64,000 nt of DNA from an uncultured Gemmatimonadales bacterium (GCA_963779755.1 CAVZZO010000003.1:1152001-1216000); one strand, 5' to 3'. Positions 34,222 to 46,798 are shown, counted from the stretch's first letter. Notes: generated by a model not told the origin, from the sequence alone. A program made the numbers and translations.

Positions 34222-35383
34222 ACTCCTCCCCGATAGCCTGCACGTCGGCGATGACCCTGGGCCAGTTGTAGTAGGTCTCCACCGCGCGCCGCCCGCCGGC
34301 CCCCAGCCGCCGCGACAGCTCGGGCGACTCCAGCAGCGACCGGATGCCCTGCGCCACCGCCGCCGGGTCGGACGGATCGACCAGCAGCCCCGTCTCCCCT
34401 TCCCGCACCGCGTCGGGAATGCCGCCGCTCCGCCCCCCGATCACCGGTAGCCCGCAGGCCGACGCCTCCACCAGCGCCAGGCCGAAGCCTTCCACCGCCG
34501 CATCCACCTGCCGGGACACGCCCAGGTAGATCTCCGCCATGTTGTAGAGGCCGGGCAGGTCGGCGTCGGGCACGCCCGAGAGGAAACGCACCCGGTCGCC
34601 CACGCCGGCCTCGTCGGCGACCTGTTGCAGTGCGTCGCGCCGGCTCCCCGAGCCCACCACGGCGTAGCGCAGGTCGGGAAAGTCGTCGCGCAGCCGCGCC
34701 AGCGCGCGAATGCCGGTATCGATGCCTTTGTGGAGTGTGAGCCGCGCCACCGTGAGCAGCCAGCGGCCGTCGTCCAGGCCGTAGCGCGCCCGCACCACGC
34801 CGGTATCGGCTCCGGGACGGAAGTGGTCGGGATCGCTGCCCAGCGGCACCACCCGGACGTTCTCCGGCGGCACGGCGAGCCCCAGCTGGGTGGCAACCCC
34901 GAGGAACAACTCGCGGGTATAGCGGCTGATGGCCAGCACCACCGAGGCGGGCTGCAGCAGCGAGCGCGCCACCTGCCGCTTGACCCGGGACTGGTGGATC
35001 TGGTGCTGCAGCAGGAGCAGGTCGGTCCCGTAGACCATGACTCCGTAGGGGGTCCCGGTCCGCTCCCGCGCCCAGGCGGCGGGATACGCGGCCGGCTTGA
35101 AATTGCCGCACCAGACAAACCCCGGCCGGCGGGAACGGCACAGTGCCGCCACCCGCCGCGACCAGAACAGCAGCCCCTGGATGGTGCGCAGCCGCCGGGA
35201 AGGCACCCCCACCCGGTCCACCCGGTTGGGCAGCGCCGCATCGGCGTCTTCGCTGCCCGGCATTTCGCCGGTGGAGACGATCAGGCCATCGGCGGGATAG
35301 TAGCGCGCCAGCTCCGACATCCAGCGGGCCAGCCCGCCGCCGATGGGGGGGAAATCATAGGCGAGCAGAAGGTGGGGAAGCAT
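34205..35383 (-). CDS. Glycosyltransferase family 4 (PimB-like)
   Basis: 'DFPPIGGG', 'VARL..HKGID', 'EGFGLALVEASACGLPVI'. Confidence 0.92.
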   Translation of the reverse strand: MLPHLLLAYDFPPIGGGLARWMSELARYYPADGLIVSTGEMPGSEDADAALPNRVDRVGVPSRRLRTIQGLLFWSRRVAALCRSRRPGFVWCGNFKPAAYPAAWARERTGTPYGVMVYGTDLLLLQHQIHQSRVKRQVARSLLQPASVVLAISRYTRELFLGVATQLGLAVPPENVRVVPLGSDPDHFRPGADTGVVRARYGLDDGRWLLTVARLTLHKGIDTGIRALARLRDDFPDLRYAVVGSGSRRDALQQVADEAGVGDRVRFLSGVPDADLPGLYNMAEIYLGVSRQVDAAVEGFGLALVEASACGLPVIGGRSGGIPDAVREGETGLLVDPSDPAAVAQGIRSLLESPELSRRLGAGGRRAVETYYNWPRVIADVQAIGEEFSRPG

Positions 35384-35451
35384 GGCCGGAATGTAAGACG
35401 ACGCGGTGGCAGGCCGCAGGGGCGCCGCATGCGTCCCCCCTGCGGCCTGCC

Positions 35452-36435
35452 TTACGCCTTACGCCCCGCCAGCCGCCGCCACGCTGCCTCCACCTCCTCC
35501 ACCCCCACCGTCGCGAGCGCCGCGCCTGGCGCGGCCGCGACGACTTCCCGGCGGCGGGACAGCGGCTGGTAGATGGTGAACTGGGGCTCCTCCCGCAGGT
35601 AGATCCCCAGCACCGGCACATCGAAGGCCGAGGCGATGTGCACCAGCGAAGTGTCCACCGTGAGCACGGCATCGGCGGCGGCCACGGCGGCGGCCACGCG
35701 CAGGAGATCGGTCCGGGGCAACAGCCGGAGATCGACGCCCGCCTGCGTCACCGCCTGCGCGAGCTGCCGGGCGGCGGGACGATCCTCCGGCGCCGCGTTG
35801 AGAAGAAATCTCGCCGGCCGCAGCCGCGCCAGCCGGGGGAGCAGGGCTTCCCACCGGGGCAGCGGCCAGTAGCGCGAGCGGCTGCCGGCGGAGATGTTGG
35901 CTACCACACAGAACCCGGCGTCTCCCCGCTGCGCCGCCGCCCACCCGGCCGCTTCGGCCGTCAGCCCCAGGCTCAGCCGGGGCGCCGCGGGAGCGACACC
36001 CAGCAGGGGCAGCGCCGCCAGCGACTGCACCGCATAGTGCGCCGGCGGGCCGGAGGCGGCCGGCAGTTCGCGATCGAAGGTGTTCCCTCCCCGGTTGTGG
36101 CCGATACGGGTGCGCGCCCGCACCAGCCGGGCCGCCAGAGTGCTGGTGCGGCTGGGGTGCGGCTTGGGATCGATCCAGGCATCGAAACGGCGGCGCCAGA
36201 GCCCGGCCAGCAGCGTGGCGAGACGGTCGGGGCGGCGATCCAGCACCAGGGTCCGGTCGATCGCGGGATGCGCCCGGGCCAGCGTCTCCGATCGCGGGCC
36301 GACGACGACCGTCAAGCGGCAGGAGGGCCAGGCGTCCTTCAGCGCATTGAACAGGCTGGTGGTGAGGATGAAGTCCCCGGCTCGGCCCGGCTGGAAGACG
36401 CCGGCCTCGCTGAGCGGCGGACCGGCGTCACTCAT
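35452..36435 (-). CDS. Glycosyltransferase family 9 (heptosyltransferase-like)
   Basis: 'AGDFILTT', 'RYWP', 'VDTSLVHIASAFDVP'. Confidence 0.88.
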   Translation of the reverse strand: MSDAGPPLSEAGVFQPGRAGDFILTTSLFNALKDAWPSCRLTVVVGPRSETLARAHPAIDRTLVLDRRPDRLATLLAGLWRRRFDAWIDPKPHPSRTSTLAARLVRARTRIGHNRGGNTFDRELPAASGPPAHYAVQSLAALPLLGVAPAAPRLSLGLTAEAAGWAAAQRGDAGFCVVANISAGSRSRYWPLPRWEALLPRLARLRPARFLLNAAPEDRPAARQLAQAVTQAGVDLRLLPRTDLLRVAAAVAAADAVLTVDTSLVHIASAFDVPVLGIYLREEPQFTIYQPLSRRREVVAAAPGAALATVGVEEVEAAWRRLAGRKA

Positions 36436-37189
36436 GCTCGTCCTGCCGCTCCAGCGCCCAGAGATGGGCGTACTTCAGGAAGGTCCCCCAGGCGCCGAGC
36501 CTGGCGCTCACCCAGCCCGCGCGCCCGTCGCGCCAGGCGCCGTCCAGCAGCCAGGCGCGCAGAAATTTCCCGGCAGGCCGGAGGGTTACGTCCCAGGCGG
36601 AGGCCCGGCGGCCCCGCTCCCGCAGATCCTGCGCGCCCCAGCGGGCGTAGCGTTCGATCTTCTCCAGTTGCTCCCGCAGATCCCGGTAGGGCACGTGCAG
36701 CAGCGGATGCCGCAACCTGCCGGTATCCGCGACCGGCTCCAGACTTTCGTGCACCCGGCGCTCCACATAGCGCCGGTCCGCGGGGAACAGCCGGATCACC
36801 CAGTCGCGGCCCCAGTGGCCGCGCCGAAGCTCCCGCCCCAGATAGAAGTTACGCCGCCGCACGGCATAGGCCTGGTGCGCGGGCCGGGTCACGACCTCGC
36901 GCAGCTCGTCGCGCAGCTCCGGTGTGATCCGCTCGTCGGCATCGAGCGCAAAGACCCAGGGCGTCGGCGCCTGGGCGATGGCGGCATTGCGCTGCGCCGC
37001 GATGGTGGGCCCGGTCGCCTCCAGGACCGCCGCCCCCGCGGCGCGCGCCTGCCCGACCGTCTCATCGCGGGACCCGCCGTCGGCCACGATCACCCGGGCC
37101 GCCCAGCCCAGCTCGCGCACCAGATCGCCGATCCGGTCGCCCTCGTTGAGGGTGGGGATCACGATGGTCAGCGGCACGGACGCGCTCAC
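36428..37189 (-). CDS. Glycosyltransferase family 2 (KdtX/LgtF-like)
   Basis: 'IVIPTLNE', 'ADGGSRDET', 'QRN', 'WVFALDADER', 'VHE'. Confidence 0.9.
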   Translation of the reverse strand: MSASVPLTIVIPTLNEGDRIGDLVRELGWAARVIVADGGSRDETVGQARAAGAAVLEATGPTIAAQRNAAIAQAPTPWVFALDADERITPELRDELREVVTRPAHQAYAVRRRNFYLGRELRRGHWGRDWVIRLFPADRRYVERRVHESLEPVADTGRLRHPLLHVPYRDLREQLEKIERYARWGAQDLRERGRRASAWDVTLRPAGKFLRAWLLDGAWRDGRAGWVSARLGAWGTFLKYAHLWALERQDEHE

Positions 37190-38682
37190 CGGACCAGCTC
37201 CGTGCTGGAGACTTCCGGCTCCGGGCCGGCGGCCCCGTAGAGCAGCAGCTCGACCAGGGCCGCCGCATGCAGCAGGGCGAACGCCCAGGTGTGCAGCAGG
37301 TGCCGGCTGAACGCCGTCCGGATGATGAACAGCGAGCCGCGCTCCGGCATGCCGGTATACATCTGGAAGAGATAGATGCCGAACAGGGTGAGCCACCCCC
37401 CGGCCCCGATCCATCCCCAGCGGCGAACCACGCGGTCCCGCGGCCAGCGGCCGCTGCGCCAGGCCCAGAAGGCGGCGATGATCCAGGCCCAGACGAACAC
37501 CCCCCAGCCGTAGTGGGAGAGCATCGTGCCCTGGATACCGTAGAGCATGACCAGCAGGTCGTGCAGGGCCGGCGCGGGCGCCGGGATCGCCTCCAGGTGC
37601 ACCCCGTAGACGGCGGGGGCGGCGACCCGGGCGGGCCGCAGGGTCCAGACCGCCAGCGCCGCCCCGACCCCCAGCACGGGCATGTAGAGCGCCAGCCGCC
37701 GGCGGTTGCGGGCAAGCCAGAACACCACCGCCGCCGCGACCAGCACCAGGGGAGCCCCGTCGCGCTTGATCAGCGTGGCCGCCATGCCCGCTATGAACGC
37801 TCCCAGCGCCGCGACAACGGGACCGGCGAGCCGGCCGTCTTCGTCGGCCGAGAGCACGGCGCCCACCGCGATGGCCAGGAGCGCGGGGACGTCGGCATAG
37901 CTGGCGATGGCGCCCTGATAGAAGTGCACCGTGATGAACAGCCAGAGCAGCCCCCAGGGGGCCAGGCGGGGAGCGACCCGCCGCAGCATCCCGTAGAACA
38001 GCAGGCCGAAGGCGCCCACCATCAGGAAGGGCAGCAGGCGCCCCTCCAGGGTCAGGTCGGTGTGGCCCAGCCAGAGCACGACGGACTGGAGCGGCGGCCG
38101 CGCGGGATCGAGGCAATCGTAGATCCCGGTGAGTCCGTGGCGCAGGTCGAAAGCCGCGGCCCGGCAGGCCCAGGTGTCCTTCGCGTCGGTCCACGAATAG
38201 GGGAAGATCAGATGCGGCGCCTGCAGCAGCCAGAAGACGGCCGCCAGCAGGAAAGCCGGATGCCGCCACTCGGGGGCAGGGCCGGCGGCCGCACCCCGCG
38301 GAAGCGGCCGCCGCCGCAGCCAGGTGGCCGGCAGCGCCAGCGCGGCCAGCAGTACCCAGGGAAGAACGTGGCTCATGGGGCGGCCGGCCAGGCTCCACCC
38401 CATAACCCCCAGCGCCACGGTCCAGACCAGCAGGAGAAAGCGGACCGCCCAGGCGGCGGGAGGGCGCGGCCCCGCCCGCGGCAGCCACCACCAGGCGACC
38501 AGGGCCAGCGCCGCGGCCAGCGCCATGTCGGCCAGGAGTCCGGGCGAGATCACCAGGGGGCGCACCCCGGCGCTGGCGCCCTGGCGCAGCAGGATGCCGA
38601 TACGCCAGAGCGCGACGGCGAGCTGCCAGAGCGTCAGGGCACCGAAGACCGCCAGCACCGCTCGGCGCCGGCCGGTGCTCAC
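37186..38682 (-). CDS. Polytopic membrane protein, GT-C (family 39/ArnT-like) glycosyltransferase candidate
   Basis: More than 10 TM helices, with loop motifs 'WTDAKDTW', 'RPPL', 'SYADVP', 'IKRDG'. Confidence 0.6.
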   Translation of the reverse strand: MSTGRRRAVLAVFGALTLWQLAVALWRIGILLRQGASAGVRPLVISPGLLADMALAAALALVAWWWLPRAGPRPPAAWAVRFLLLVWTVALGVMGWSLAGRPMSHVLPWVLLAALALPATWLRRRPLPRGAAAGPAPEWRHPAFLLAAVFWLLQAPHLIFPYSWTDAKDTWACRAAAFDLRHGLTGIYDCLDPARPPLQSVVLWLGHTDLTLEGRLLPFLMVGAFGLLFYGMLRRVAPRLAPWGLLWLFITVHFYQGAIASYADVPALLAIAVGAVLSADEDGRLAGPVVAALGAFIAGMAATLIKRDGAPLVLVAAAVVFWLARNRRRLALYMPVLGVGAALAVWTLRPARVAAPAVYGVHLEAIPAPAPALHDLLVMLYGIQGTMLSHYGWGVFVWAWIIAAFWAWRSGRWPRDRVVRRWGWIGAGGWLTLFGIYLFQMYTGMPERGSLFIIRTAFSRHLLHTWAFALLHAAALVELLLYGAAGPEPEVSSTELVR

Positions 38683-39455
38683 TCGGGCTTCCTGGCGGTT
38701 ACCACCAGGGTGCGTCCGAAGAGCAGCGCGGGCGAGAGCAGGTGGCGGGCGATCTCGCGGTTGGCTTCGCGCTGCCGGGGATCGGGCTCGCGGGCCAGCG
38801 CCACGTGGGTCGCCAGCCAGATGCCGGGCCAGCAGGGGCTCAGCGCCAGCGCCGTGCGCCGCCAGCGGTCGGTGGTGACCTCTTCGATGCGGAACCCGGT
38901 GGTGTGCAGGATGTAGCGCAACCCGTAGTAGGTGATCAGGTGGATGTGATCGTGCACCGGGGCGCGCCGGAACTCGTTCATCGGCCGGGTGGCAAGCGGA
39001 AAGAAGCCGCTCCAGAAGTAGCGGCGCCGGCCCGCCAGATTCAGGACGTTGGGCGTAGTAATGAGCAGGCGTCCGCCCGGCTCGAGCACGCGCCAGCATT
39101 CCCGCACAAAGGCAAACTGATTTTCCAGGTGCTCGATCGACTCGAGGCAGGAGAGATACTGGAAGCTCTCGGCCGCCCAGGGCAGCGACTCGCTGAGATC
39201 CACCCGCCGCACCGGGATCCCGGGGGCATGAAAGTCCTCGGGGTAGAGATCGCACGCCTCCACCTCGAAGCCCATGCGCTGGAGCCGCTGGGCAAAGGCC
39301 CCGCTGCCCGCGGCCAGCTCCAGCACACGCCCGCGGGGCCAGCGATCGAACAGCTCCGCCGCCCGGGTGTGGGTCCGCGGGCAGGCGATGATCGGAAGCG
39401 GGGTCTCCGTTTCCTCAGACCAGCTTGTAGTTGCGGAACTCGAAGACTCGTTCAC
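38679..39455 (-). CDS. Class I SAM-dependent methyltransferase
   Basis: 'VLELAAGSG', 'ESIEHL', 'RVLEPGGRLLITTPN'. Confidence 0.9.
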   Translation of the reverse strand: MNESSSSATTSWSEETETPLPIIACPRTHTRAAELFDRWPRGRVLELAAGSGAFAQRLQRMGFEVEACDLYPEDFHAPGIPVRRVDLSESLPWAAESFQYLSCLESIEHLENQFAFVRECWRVLEPGGRLLITTPNVLNLAGRRRYFWSGFFPLATRPMNEFRRAPVHDHIHLITYYGLRYILHTTGFRIEEVTTDRWRRTALALSPCWPGIWLATHVALAREPDPRQREANREIARHLLSPALLFGRTLVVTARKPE

Positions 39456-40281
39456 CGGTCAGCCGTTCGATGATGTTGGAGAAGTAGAACCGCAGATGCT
39501 CCGGCCGGAACCGCGGCGGCGCGATCCGCCGGGTGCCATCGGCCGTATGCCCGGCCACCCAGTCCCGGGCTACGGCGGGGTGCTCACCGGTGAACGGCGT
39601 CAGGCCGGGGAACCACTCCAGCGGCGGCAGATCGTGTTCCGCGGCGTCGGTGCCGTGGTAGATCCGGCTGTCCTCCACCCGCTTGCGGCTCTGCGCCTGG
39701 GCCCGGCGGGCCCACCCGTAATGGAACATTTCCGCGTCGGTAAGCCGGGCGCGGATTTTCCGGTGGCGCGCCCCCACCCGGAAGCCCTGCGCATCGCCAT
39801 AGGGCCGGATGTCCAGCGCGGGGTCCAGCCGGACGGCGCGCACCTCCCGCCGGTACCAGCGGCGGTTCCGGGCGATGGTGGCCACGTTTCCGTAGAAATG
39901 AAGGTAACGCACGAGCAGGCCTTCCACCCGGGGATCGCCATCCCACAACCGGACGGCCCGGGCCAGCTGCTCCGCCCCGGTCTGGTGCAGGACCTCGTCC
40001 GCCTGGATGTAGATGCCCCAGGGATGGCGGCAGGCCCGCATGGCGCGCCAGGTCTCCTCCGCCAGCATGGCCGCCCCCCGGCCGGTGTCCCACTCGGTTT
40101 CGACTATGCGGATGCGGGGATCGTCCAGCGAGCGCACCAGATCGAGCGTCTCATCTTCCGAGCGGCCTACGTTCACTACCACTTCGTCGCAGACGGGGAG
40201 CAGCGACCGGATGCTCGCCTCCAGCGGAAAATCCAGCCGGATGGCGTTGCGGACGATGGTAAACCCCGAGATCCCGCTCAT
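39415..40281 (-). CDS. Glycosyltransferase family 2
   Basis: 'SGFTIVRNA..LDFP..ASIRSLLPVCDE', 'SEDET', 'YIQADE', 'FHYGWAR'. Confidence 0.88.
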   Translation of the reverse strand: MSGISGFTIVRNAIRLDFPLEASIRSLLPVCDEVVVNVGRSEDETLDLVRSLDDPRIRIVETEWDTGRGAAMLAEETWRAMRACRHPWGIYIQADEVLHQTGAEQLARAVRLWDGDPRVEGLLVRYLHFYGNVATIARNRRWYRREVRAVRLDPALDIRPYGDAQGFRVGARHRKIRARLTDAEMFHYGWARRAQAQSRKRVEDSRIYHGTDAAEHDLPPLEWFPGLTPFTGEHPAVARDWVAGHTADGTRRIAPPRFRPEHLRFYFSNIIERLTGERVFEFRNYKLV

Positions 40282-41090
40282 GGGGACTCCACGGCGCCGG
40301 CGGGGCCGGCCAGGACCGGATAGAGTGGATCGTCGGCCCGGCAGGCCAGGTAGTTGGGGCCGAGGAAGTCCTCGTCCTCCAGGTCGTAGGGGCGGAAATC
40401 CACAAAATCGGGGAAGATCTTGCCCAGCCGGAATCCCCGCTCCTGAAAGAATCGGTAGAAGTCGGCGAGGAGAAAGTGCGTCAGGATGTTGACCCGGCCA
40501 TACTCGAACTGCACCAGCCGGATGGCGCGCCGCTCGAACGCGCCGCTCAGCCCCTCCAGCACCAGGTGCTCCGCCCCTTCGACGTCGATCTTCAGAAAAT
40601 CGACCCGCTCGAGGCCCAGCTCCGCCATGACGCAATCGCCCCGGCGCACCGGCAGCTCGGCACACCGGGCCGACGGCCGCCAGGGGTGGGGATAGTCCGT
40701 CCAGGTGGCGTGACCGCTGGCGGAGGGATGGAAATGCACGGGCAGGGTACCGTCGCGGTCGGCCAGCCCGTGGGAACGGCAGTGGATGCGCGGCGTTGCG
40801 CCGCACCGGCGGACCAGCTCGGCATGGGTATCCGGCACGATCTCGAACGCGTAGATATCCGCTTCGGGCAGCAGGCCGGCCGCCATGAGCGACCAGTCGC
40901 CCGCGTTGGCCCCGGCATCGAAGACGACTCCTATGTCGCCCGCCCCGCCGACCCGCTCCAGCACCCAGCGCTCGCCATTGCGCTCGTGGTGGTAATCCAG
41001 GTTGTGATACCACCGCAGATACCGCCGGCAGAGGCGCGCTCCCCCGTGGAACAGGGGATTCTGGCGGATCCGCCAGGAGATGCGGTTCAT
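40278..41090 (-). CDS. FkbM-family methyltransferase
   Basis: 'VFDAGANAG', 'YAFE', 'DFLKIDVEGAE', 'QFEY'. Confidence 0.92.
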   Translation of the reverse strand: MNRISWRIRQNPLFHGGARLCRRYLRWYHNLDYHHERNGERWVLERVGGAGDIGVVFDAGANAGDWSLMAAGLLPEADIYAFEIVPDTHAELVRRCGATPRIHCRSHGLADRDGTLPVHFHPSASGHATWTDYPHPWRPSARCAELPVRRGDCVMAELGLERVDFLKIDVEGAEHLVLEGLSGAFERRAIRLVQFEYGRVNILTHFLLADFYRFFQERGFRLGKIFPDFVDFRPYDLEDEDFLGPNYLACRADDPLYPVLAGPAGAVESP

Positions 41091-41166
41091 GCGGGGAATG
41101 TAAGCGCGGCAGGGGGATCCCATTAGTTTGCCGCCTGACCACGGCCGCCCTCCAACCCTTCCCCGC

Positions 41167-42099
41167 ATGCACATCGCTCTCTACCACCATGCGCGCCTCC
41201 CGATCCGCGGCTACGGCGGGACGGAACGAGTGGTCGTCTGGCTGGCGCGGGGGCTGGCTGCCTTGGGGCACCGGGTGACCCTGCTGGCCGCGCCGGGCTC
41301 GCGCGTGCCGGAAGCGACCCTGGTGCCGGTCGGGCCGAAGGAGAGCCGGCGGGAGGGGTTCGATCTCACCCGCTTCGTCCCCCCGGACGCCGACCTGCTG
41401 CATTCCTTCGTACCGTTCCGGGTGGCCCCCGCGGTGCCCCACCTCTGGACCCAGGAGGGCAACTTCCGGCCCGGAGCGGTGCCGCCCTCCAACACCATCT
41501 ATGTCAGCGCCAACCATGCCGAGCGCAACGGCAGCCGCGCCTTTGTCTATAACGGCATCGACCCGGCCGAATACGAGTTCCGCGCCGCCAAGAGCGACTA
41601 TGACTTCTTCCTTGGCCGGCTGCACCGGATCAAGGGCTACCAGTTGGCCATGGAGGGCGCGCGGCAGGCCGGGCGGCGCCTGGTGCTGGCGGGCGGCTGG
41701 CGGCCCAGCGTGCGCCGCGGCATCCGGTTCGTGGGCGAAGTGGATGGCGAGGCCAAGCGGCGCTGGCTGGCCGGAGCCCGCTGTCTCTGGATGCCGGCCC
41801 TGTGGGATGAGCCGTTCGGGCTGACGCTGACCGAAGCGCTGGTGAGCGGCACGCCGGTCATCGGCACCAACCGGGGCTCCCTGCCGGAGATCATCAGCCC
41901 CGAGGTGGGAGGCCGGGGTGATACCCTGGAGGCGCTGGTGGCGATCGCCCGGGAGATCGACGGGCGCGACCCCGAGGCCTGCCGCGCGCGGGTGCTACGC
42001 TATTTCACGCATCTGGTGATGGCGGAGGAGTACCTGCGGTACTACCGGGCCTACCTGCGGGATGGGGTGTTGCCGGAGGGAAGGCGGGCAGGGCCGTAG
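41167..42099 (+). CDS. Glycosyltransferase family 4
   Basis: 'GYGGTERVV', 'FLGRL..IKG', 'WDEPFGL..TEAL..GTPVI'. Confidence 0.92.
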   Translation: MHIALYHHARLPIRGYGGTERVVVWLARGLAALGHRVTLLAAPGSRVPEATLVPVGPKESRREGFDLTRFVPPDADLLHSFVPFRVAPAVPHLWTQEGNFRPGAVPPSNTIYVSANHAERNGSRAFVYNGIDPAEYEFRAAKSDYDFFLGRLHRIKGYQLAMEGARQAGRRLVLAGGWRPSVRRGIRFVGEVDGEAKRRWLAGARCLWMPALWDEPFGLTLTEALVSGTPVIGTNRGSLPEIISPEVGGRGDTLEALVAIAREIDGRDPEACRARVLRYFTHLVMAEEYLRYYRAYLRDGVLPEGRRAGP

Positions 42100-42103
42100 G
42101 CGC

Positions 42104-42190
42104 AGGGAAAAGGGGAAGCGGGAAAAGGGAACCGGTCGGCAAGGGCGCTGGAGCGTTACCCTTTGTTCCCGATTCCCCTTTCCCTCTTCC
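42104..42190. repeat. Degenerate inverted heptamer arrays (GGGAAAA-like ... TTCCC-like) between convergent genes
   Basis: Purine array 42104-42131 and pyrimidine array 42158-42190, the latter within the last codons of the CgeB-like gene. Confidence 0.6.
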
Positions 42191-43139
42191 CACCCTCCAG
42201 CACTTCCAGCATCTCCCCCATACGATGCATGTACGTGTGCCGGCGCAGGGTGGTGCGGCGGGCGGCGGCGGCCAGGGACTCCCGTCCCGCCGCATCGGGC
42301 AGGAGTTTCTTGACCAGCGCGGGAAGGTCGCCGGGGTCGTGGTAGACCACGACCTCTTCACCGGGGCGGTAGAGCTCCGCCAGCCCGCGCCGGCGATCCA
42401 CCACCTGGGGCGCCCCCACCGCCGCGATCTCGAAGAGCCGGCGGTTGCAGGCGCCGCTGGTATCCTGCTCCCGGTGCACGTTCACAGCGACGGTCGCGCC
42501 GGACCAGACCCGGACGGCGTCCTCCGCGCTGATCAGCTCTCCCCGGCAGTACTCCCGGAGCCGGCTCTTCTTCCAGCCCGGCCCCCAGAGGCCGAAGCCG
42601 AATTCCACCAGCGGCTCCAGCACCCGCTCGCGATGCGGGGTCATGGTGCCGACAAAGGCAACGTTGGCCCGGTACGGCTCCCGGGCGCGCAGGGGACGGT
42701 GAAACGAGGGATCGGCCGCCGGGGCCAGGAAGTGCACCGGCCGGCCCAGCCGGCGGGTCTGTTCCGCGGCGATTTCCCGGTCGGCGACGAAGACGTGATC
42801 GGCGATGCGGGCGGCGTCGGGCACCAGGTTCCTGGCCGCGCCATCCTGGTAAAACCAGTGCACCCAGCGCGCCGCCCCGCCCGAGCGCAGCGGCTGCACC
42901 AGATCGGGCCGGAGCGGACTGTTGCCCACGGTAAGCACGATGTCGGGCCGAGCCGAGAGCAGCGCCCGGTCCAGCCGGGAGCCCAGGTCCTTGCGCGCCA
43001 GCCGGGCCAGCCAGCTCGCGCGCTCCAGCGGCAGGCGGGTCACGCTACAGCCCAGCCGCTCCAGCGCCCGCTGCTGCAGGGCGGGATGCGAATGCCGGGC
43101 ATGGTCGAACCGGGCGATGAGGAGGACGGAAAGGGACAA
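42156..43139 (-). CDS. CgeB-family glycosyltransferase
   Basis: 'AADPSFH', 'VAFVGT', 'CNRRLFEIAAVGA', 'HTYMHR'. TTG start inside a repeat array. Confidence 0.85.
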   Translation of the reverse strand: MSLSVLLIARFDHARHSHPALQQRALERLGCSVTRLPLERASWLARLARKDLGSRLDRALLSARPDIVLTVGNSPLRPDLVQPLRSGGAARWVHWFYQDGAARNLVPDAARIADHVFVADREIAAEQTRRLGRPVHFLAPAADPSFHRPLRAREPYRANVAFVGTMTPHRERVLEPLVEFGFGLWGPGWKKSRLREYCRGELISAEDAVRVWSGATVAVNVHREQDTSGACNRRLFEIAAVGAPQVVDRRRGLAELYRPGEEVVVYHDPGDLPALVKKLLPDAAGRESLAAAARRTTLRRHTYMHRMGEMLEVLEGGKRERGIGNKG

Positions 43140-43257
43140 GGGACCAGGGACCAGGGATCAGGAATCAGGGATCAGGAATCAGGAATCAGGAATCAGGAAT
43201 CAGGAATCAGGGTAAGCAATTGCGACCTTCGACCTTCGACCTTCGACCTTCGACCTT
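43133..43257. repeat. Two adjacent heptamer arrays: (GGRAYCA)x11 and (CGACCTT)x5
   Basis: 43133-43211 and 43223-43257. The second is the reverse complement of the repeat inside the NtrX-like gene. Confidence 0.93.
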
Positions 43258-43266
43258 CCGGGGATA

Positions 43267-45110
<1,844 letters not shown>

Positions 45111-45114
<4 letters not shown>

Positions 45115-46673
45115 TTCCTCGGCGTCAGCAGCGCGATAGGCAGGATCACTTCCTCCGGCGTGACGCCGCCGTGCAGGAACGCGCCGCGGTAACGGGCCTG
45201 GTATTCCCGCAGCTTGGTGGGGTAGACAAAGAACCGGTCGCCGGTGGCGAGCAGCAGCCGGGTGTTGAGGGTGCGCGCGGGCAGCCCGAAGGCCGGCAGA
45301 TCCTCGACCACCACCGCGGCCTCGCGCTCCTGGGTCCGCAGGTCCTCGCCGAACTTGTAGCGCAGGTTGCTGGTGGCGTCGCGCTTGGCGTAGATGGTCG
45401 CCGGCGTGTGGCAGTGAATCGAGCCGTGGTCGGTGGTGAGCAGCACCGGGACGTTGCGCCGCTCCGCCTCCCGCAAGGCCTGGAACAGCGCCGAGCGCTC
45501 GAACCAGGTGCGGGTGAGGCTGCGGAGCGCCGGCGTGTCGCGCGCCACCTCGTACAGCGTGGAGTTCTCGGTGCGGCCGTGGGTCAGCTGGTCGATGAAA
45601 TTGAACACCAGCGCGGTAACGCCGTCCTGGCTCAGGTGCGCCGGCAGCCGCTTGAGCAGCGCCTCGCCGTCGGCCGCCGTGAAGACCTTCTCGTAGCGCA
45701 CCGGCACCGAGCGCCCGGTCAGCTCCTCCAGCTGCTCCTTCAGCAGCTTTTCTTCATGAGCGTTGAGGCTGGTTTCGTTCTCCAGCGACCACCACTCCGG
45801 GTGCCGCGCAGCCAGCTCCACGGGAAAGAGCCCGCTGAAGATGGCGTTCCGGGCGAAGGGAGTGGCGGTGGGCAGAATGGAGAAGTAGTGCGCCGTCTCG
45901 ACATCCATCAGGCTGCTGCACAGCGGCCGCAGCACTTCCCACTGGTCCAGGCGCAGGCAGTCCACCACCACCAGCATGGCCCGCCCGTACCGGGCCAGGG
46001 TGGGCTGAAGAAACTCGGCGCCGATGTCTACCGACAGCGGCGGCCGGTCGCTGTCGCTCTCGTGCAGCCAGCCGGCATAGCGCGCCTCCACGAAGCGGGC
46101 GAAATCCTGGCGCAGGCTCTCCTGCAGGGTGCGCAACGCGTCCTGCAGCCCCGGCTCGTCCCAGGCGCCGAGCCGCACCTCCCACTCCGCCAGCTCGGCC
46201 ACCAGCTCGACCCATTCCCGCCAGGACAACTGGGAGGAGCGCAACGCCTCCAGCTCCCGGAAACGGGTGGCGAAATCGCGGGAGAGGCGCTGCTGCCGGA
46301 TCCGGTGGCCTTCCAGCAGGCGGGTGACCACGCTCAGGATCTGCCGGGGATTGACCGGCTTCACCAGATAGTCGGAGATCTCGGCCCCGATGGCGTCCTT
46401 CAGGGTATCCTGTTCCTCGCTCTTGGTGACCATCACCACCGGCATGGCATGGTCAATCGAACGGATGGCGCGGAACAGGTCCAGCCCCCGCCGTCCCGGC
46501 ATCTGCTCGTCCAGCAGCACCACGCCGTACGGCTGGCGCTGCAACAGCACCAGGGCGTCGTCGCCGTGGGCGGTCTTTTCCACGGTGAAGCCGTGCTCTT
46601 CGAGAAAGAGGATGTGCGAGGTGAGGCTTTCGACCTCATCGTCCACCCAGAGGATGCTTTTGGGACGTGGCAT
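45111..46673 (-). CDS. PorX-like response regulator with PglZ/alkaline-phosphatase domain
   Basis: 'ILWVDDE', 'LLDEQMPG', 'VTKSEE', 'VDCLRLDQW', 'SILPTATPFARNAIFSG', 'TTDHG', 'HGG'. Confidence 0.92.
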
Positions 46674-46713
46674 GGCCGAAAGGTAGCCGGAGGAAGGTGC
46701 CGGTTCTAGAGAC

Positions 46714-46798
46714 GGGGAAACGGGAAACGGGAACGGGAACGGATATCGGCCCGGACGCGGCGCGCGTCCGTTTCCCTGTTCCCGCTTCCCCGGTTCCC
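46714..46798. repeat. Inverted heptamer arrays (GGGAAAC)n ... (GTTTCCC)n-like in a divergent promoter region
   Basis: 46714-46742 versus 46769-46798. Confidence 0.75.
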
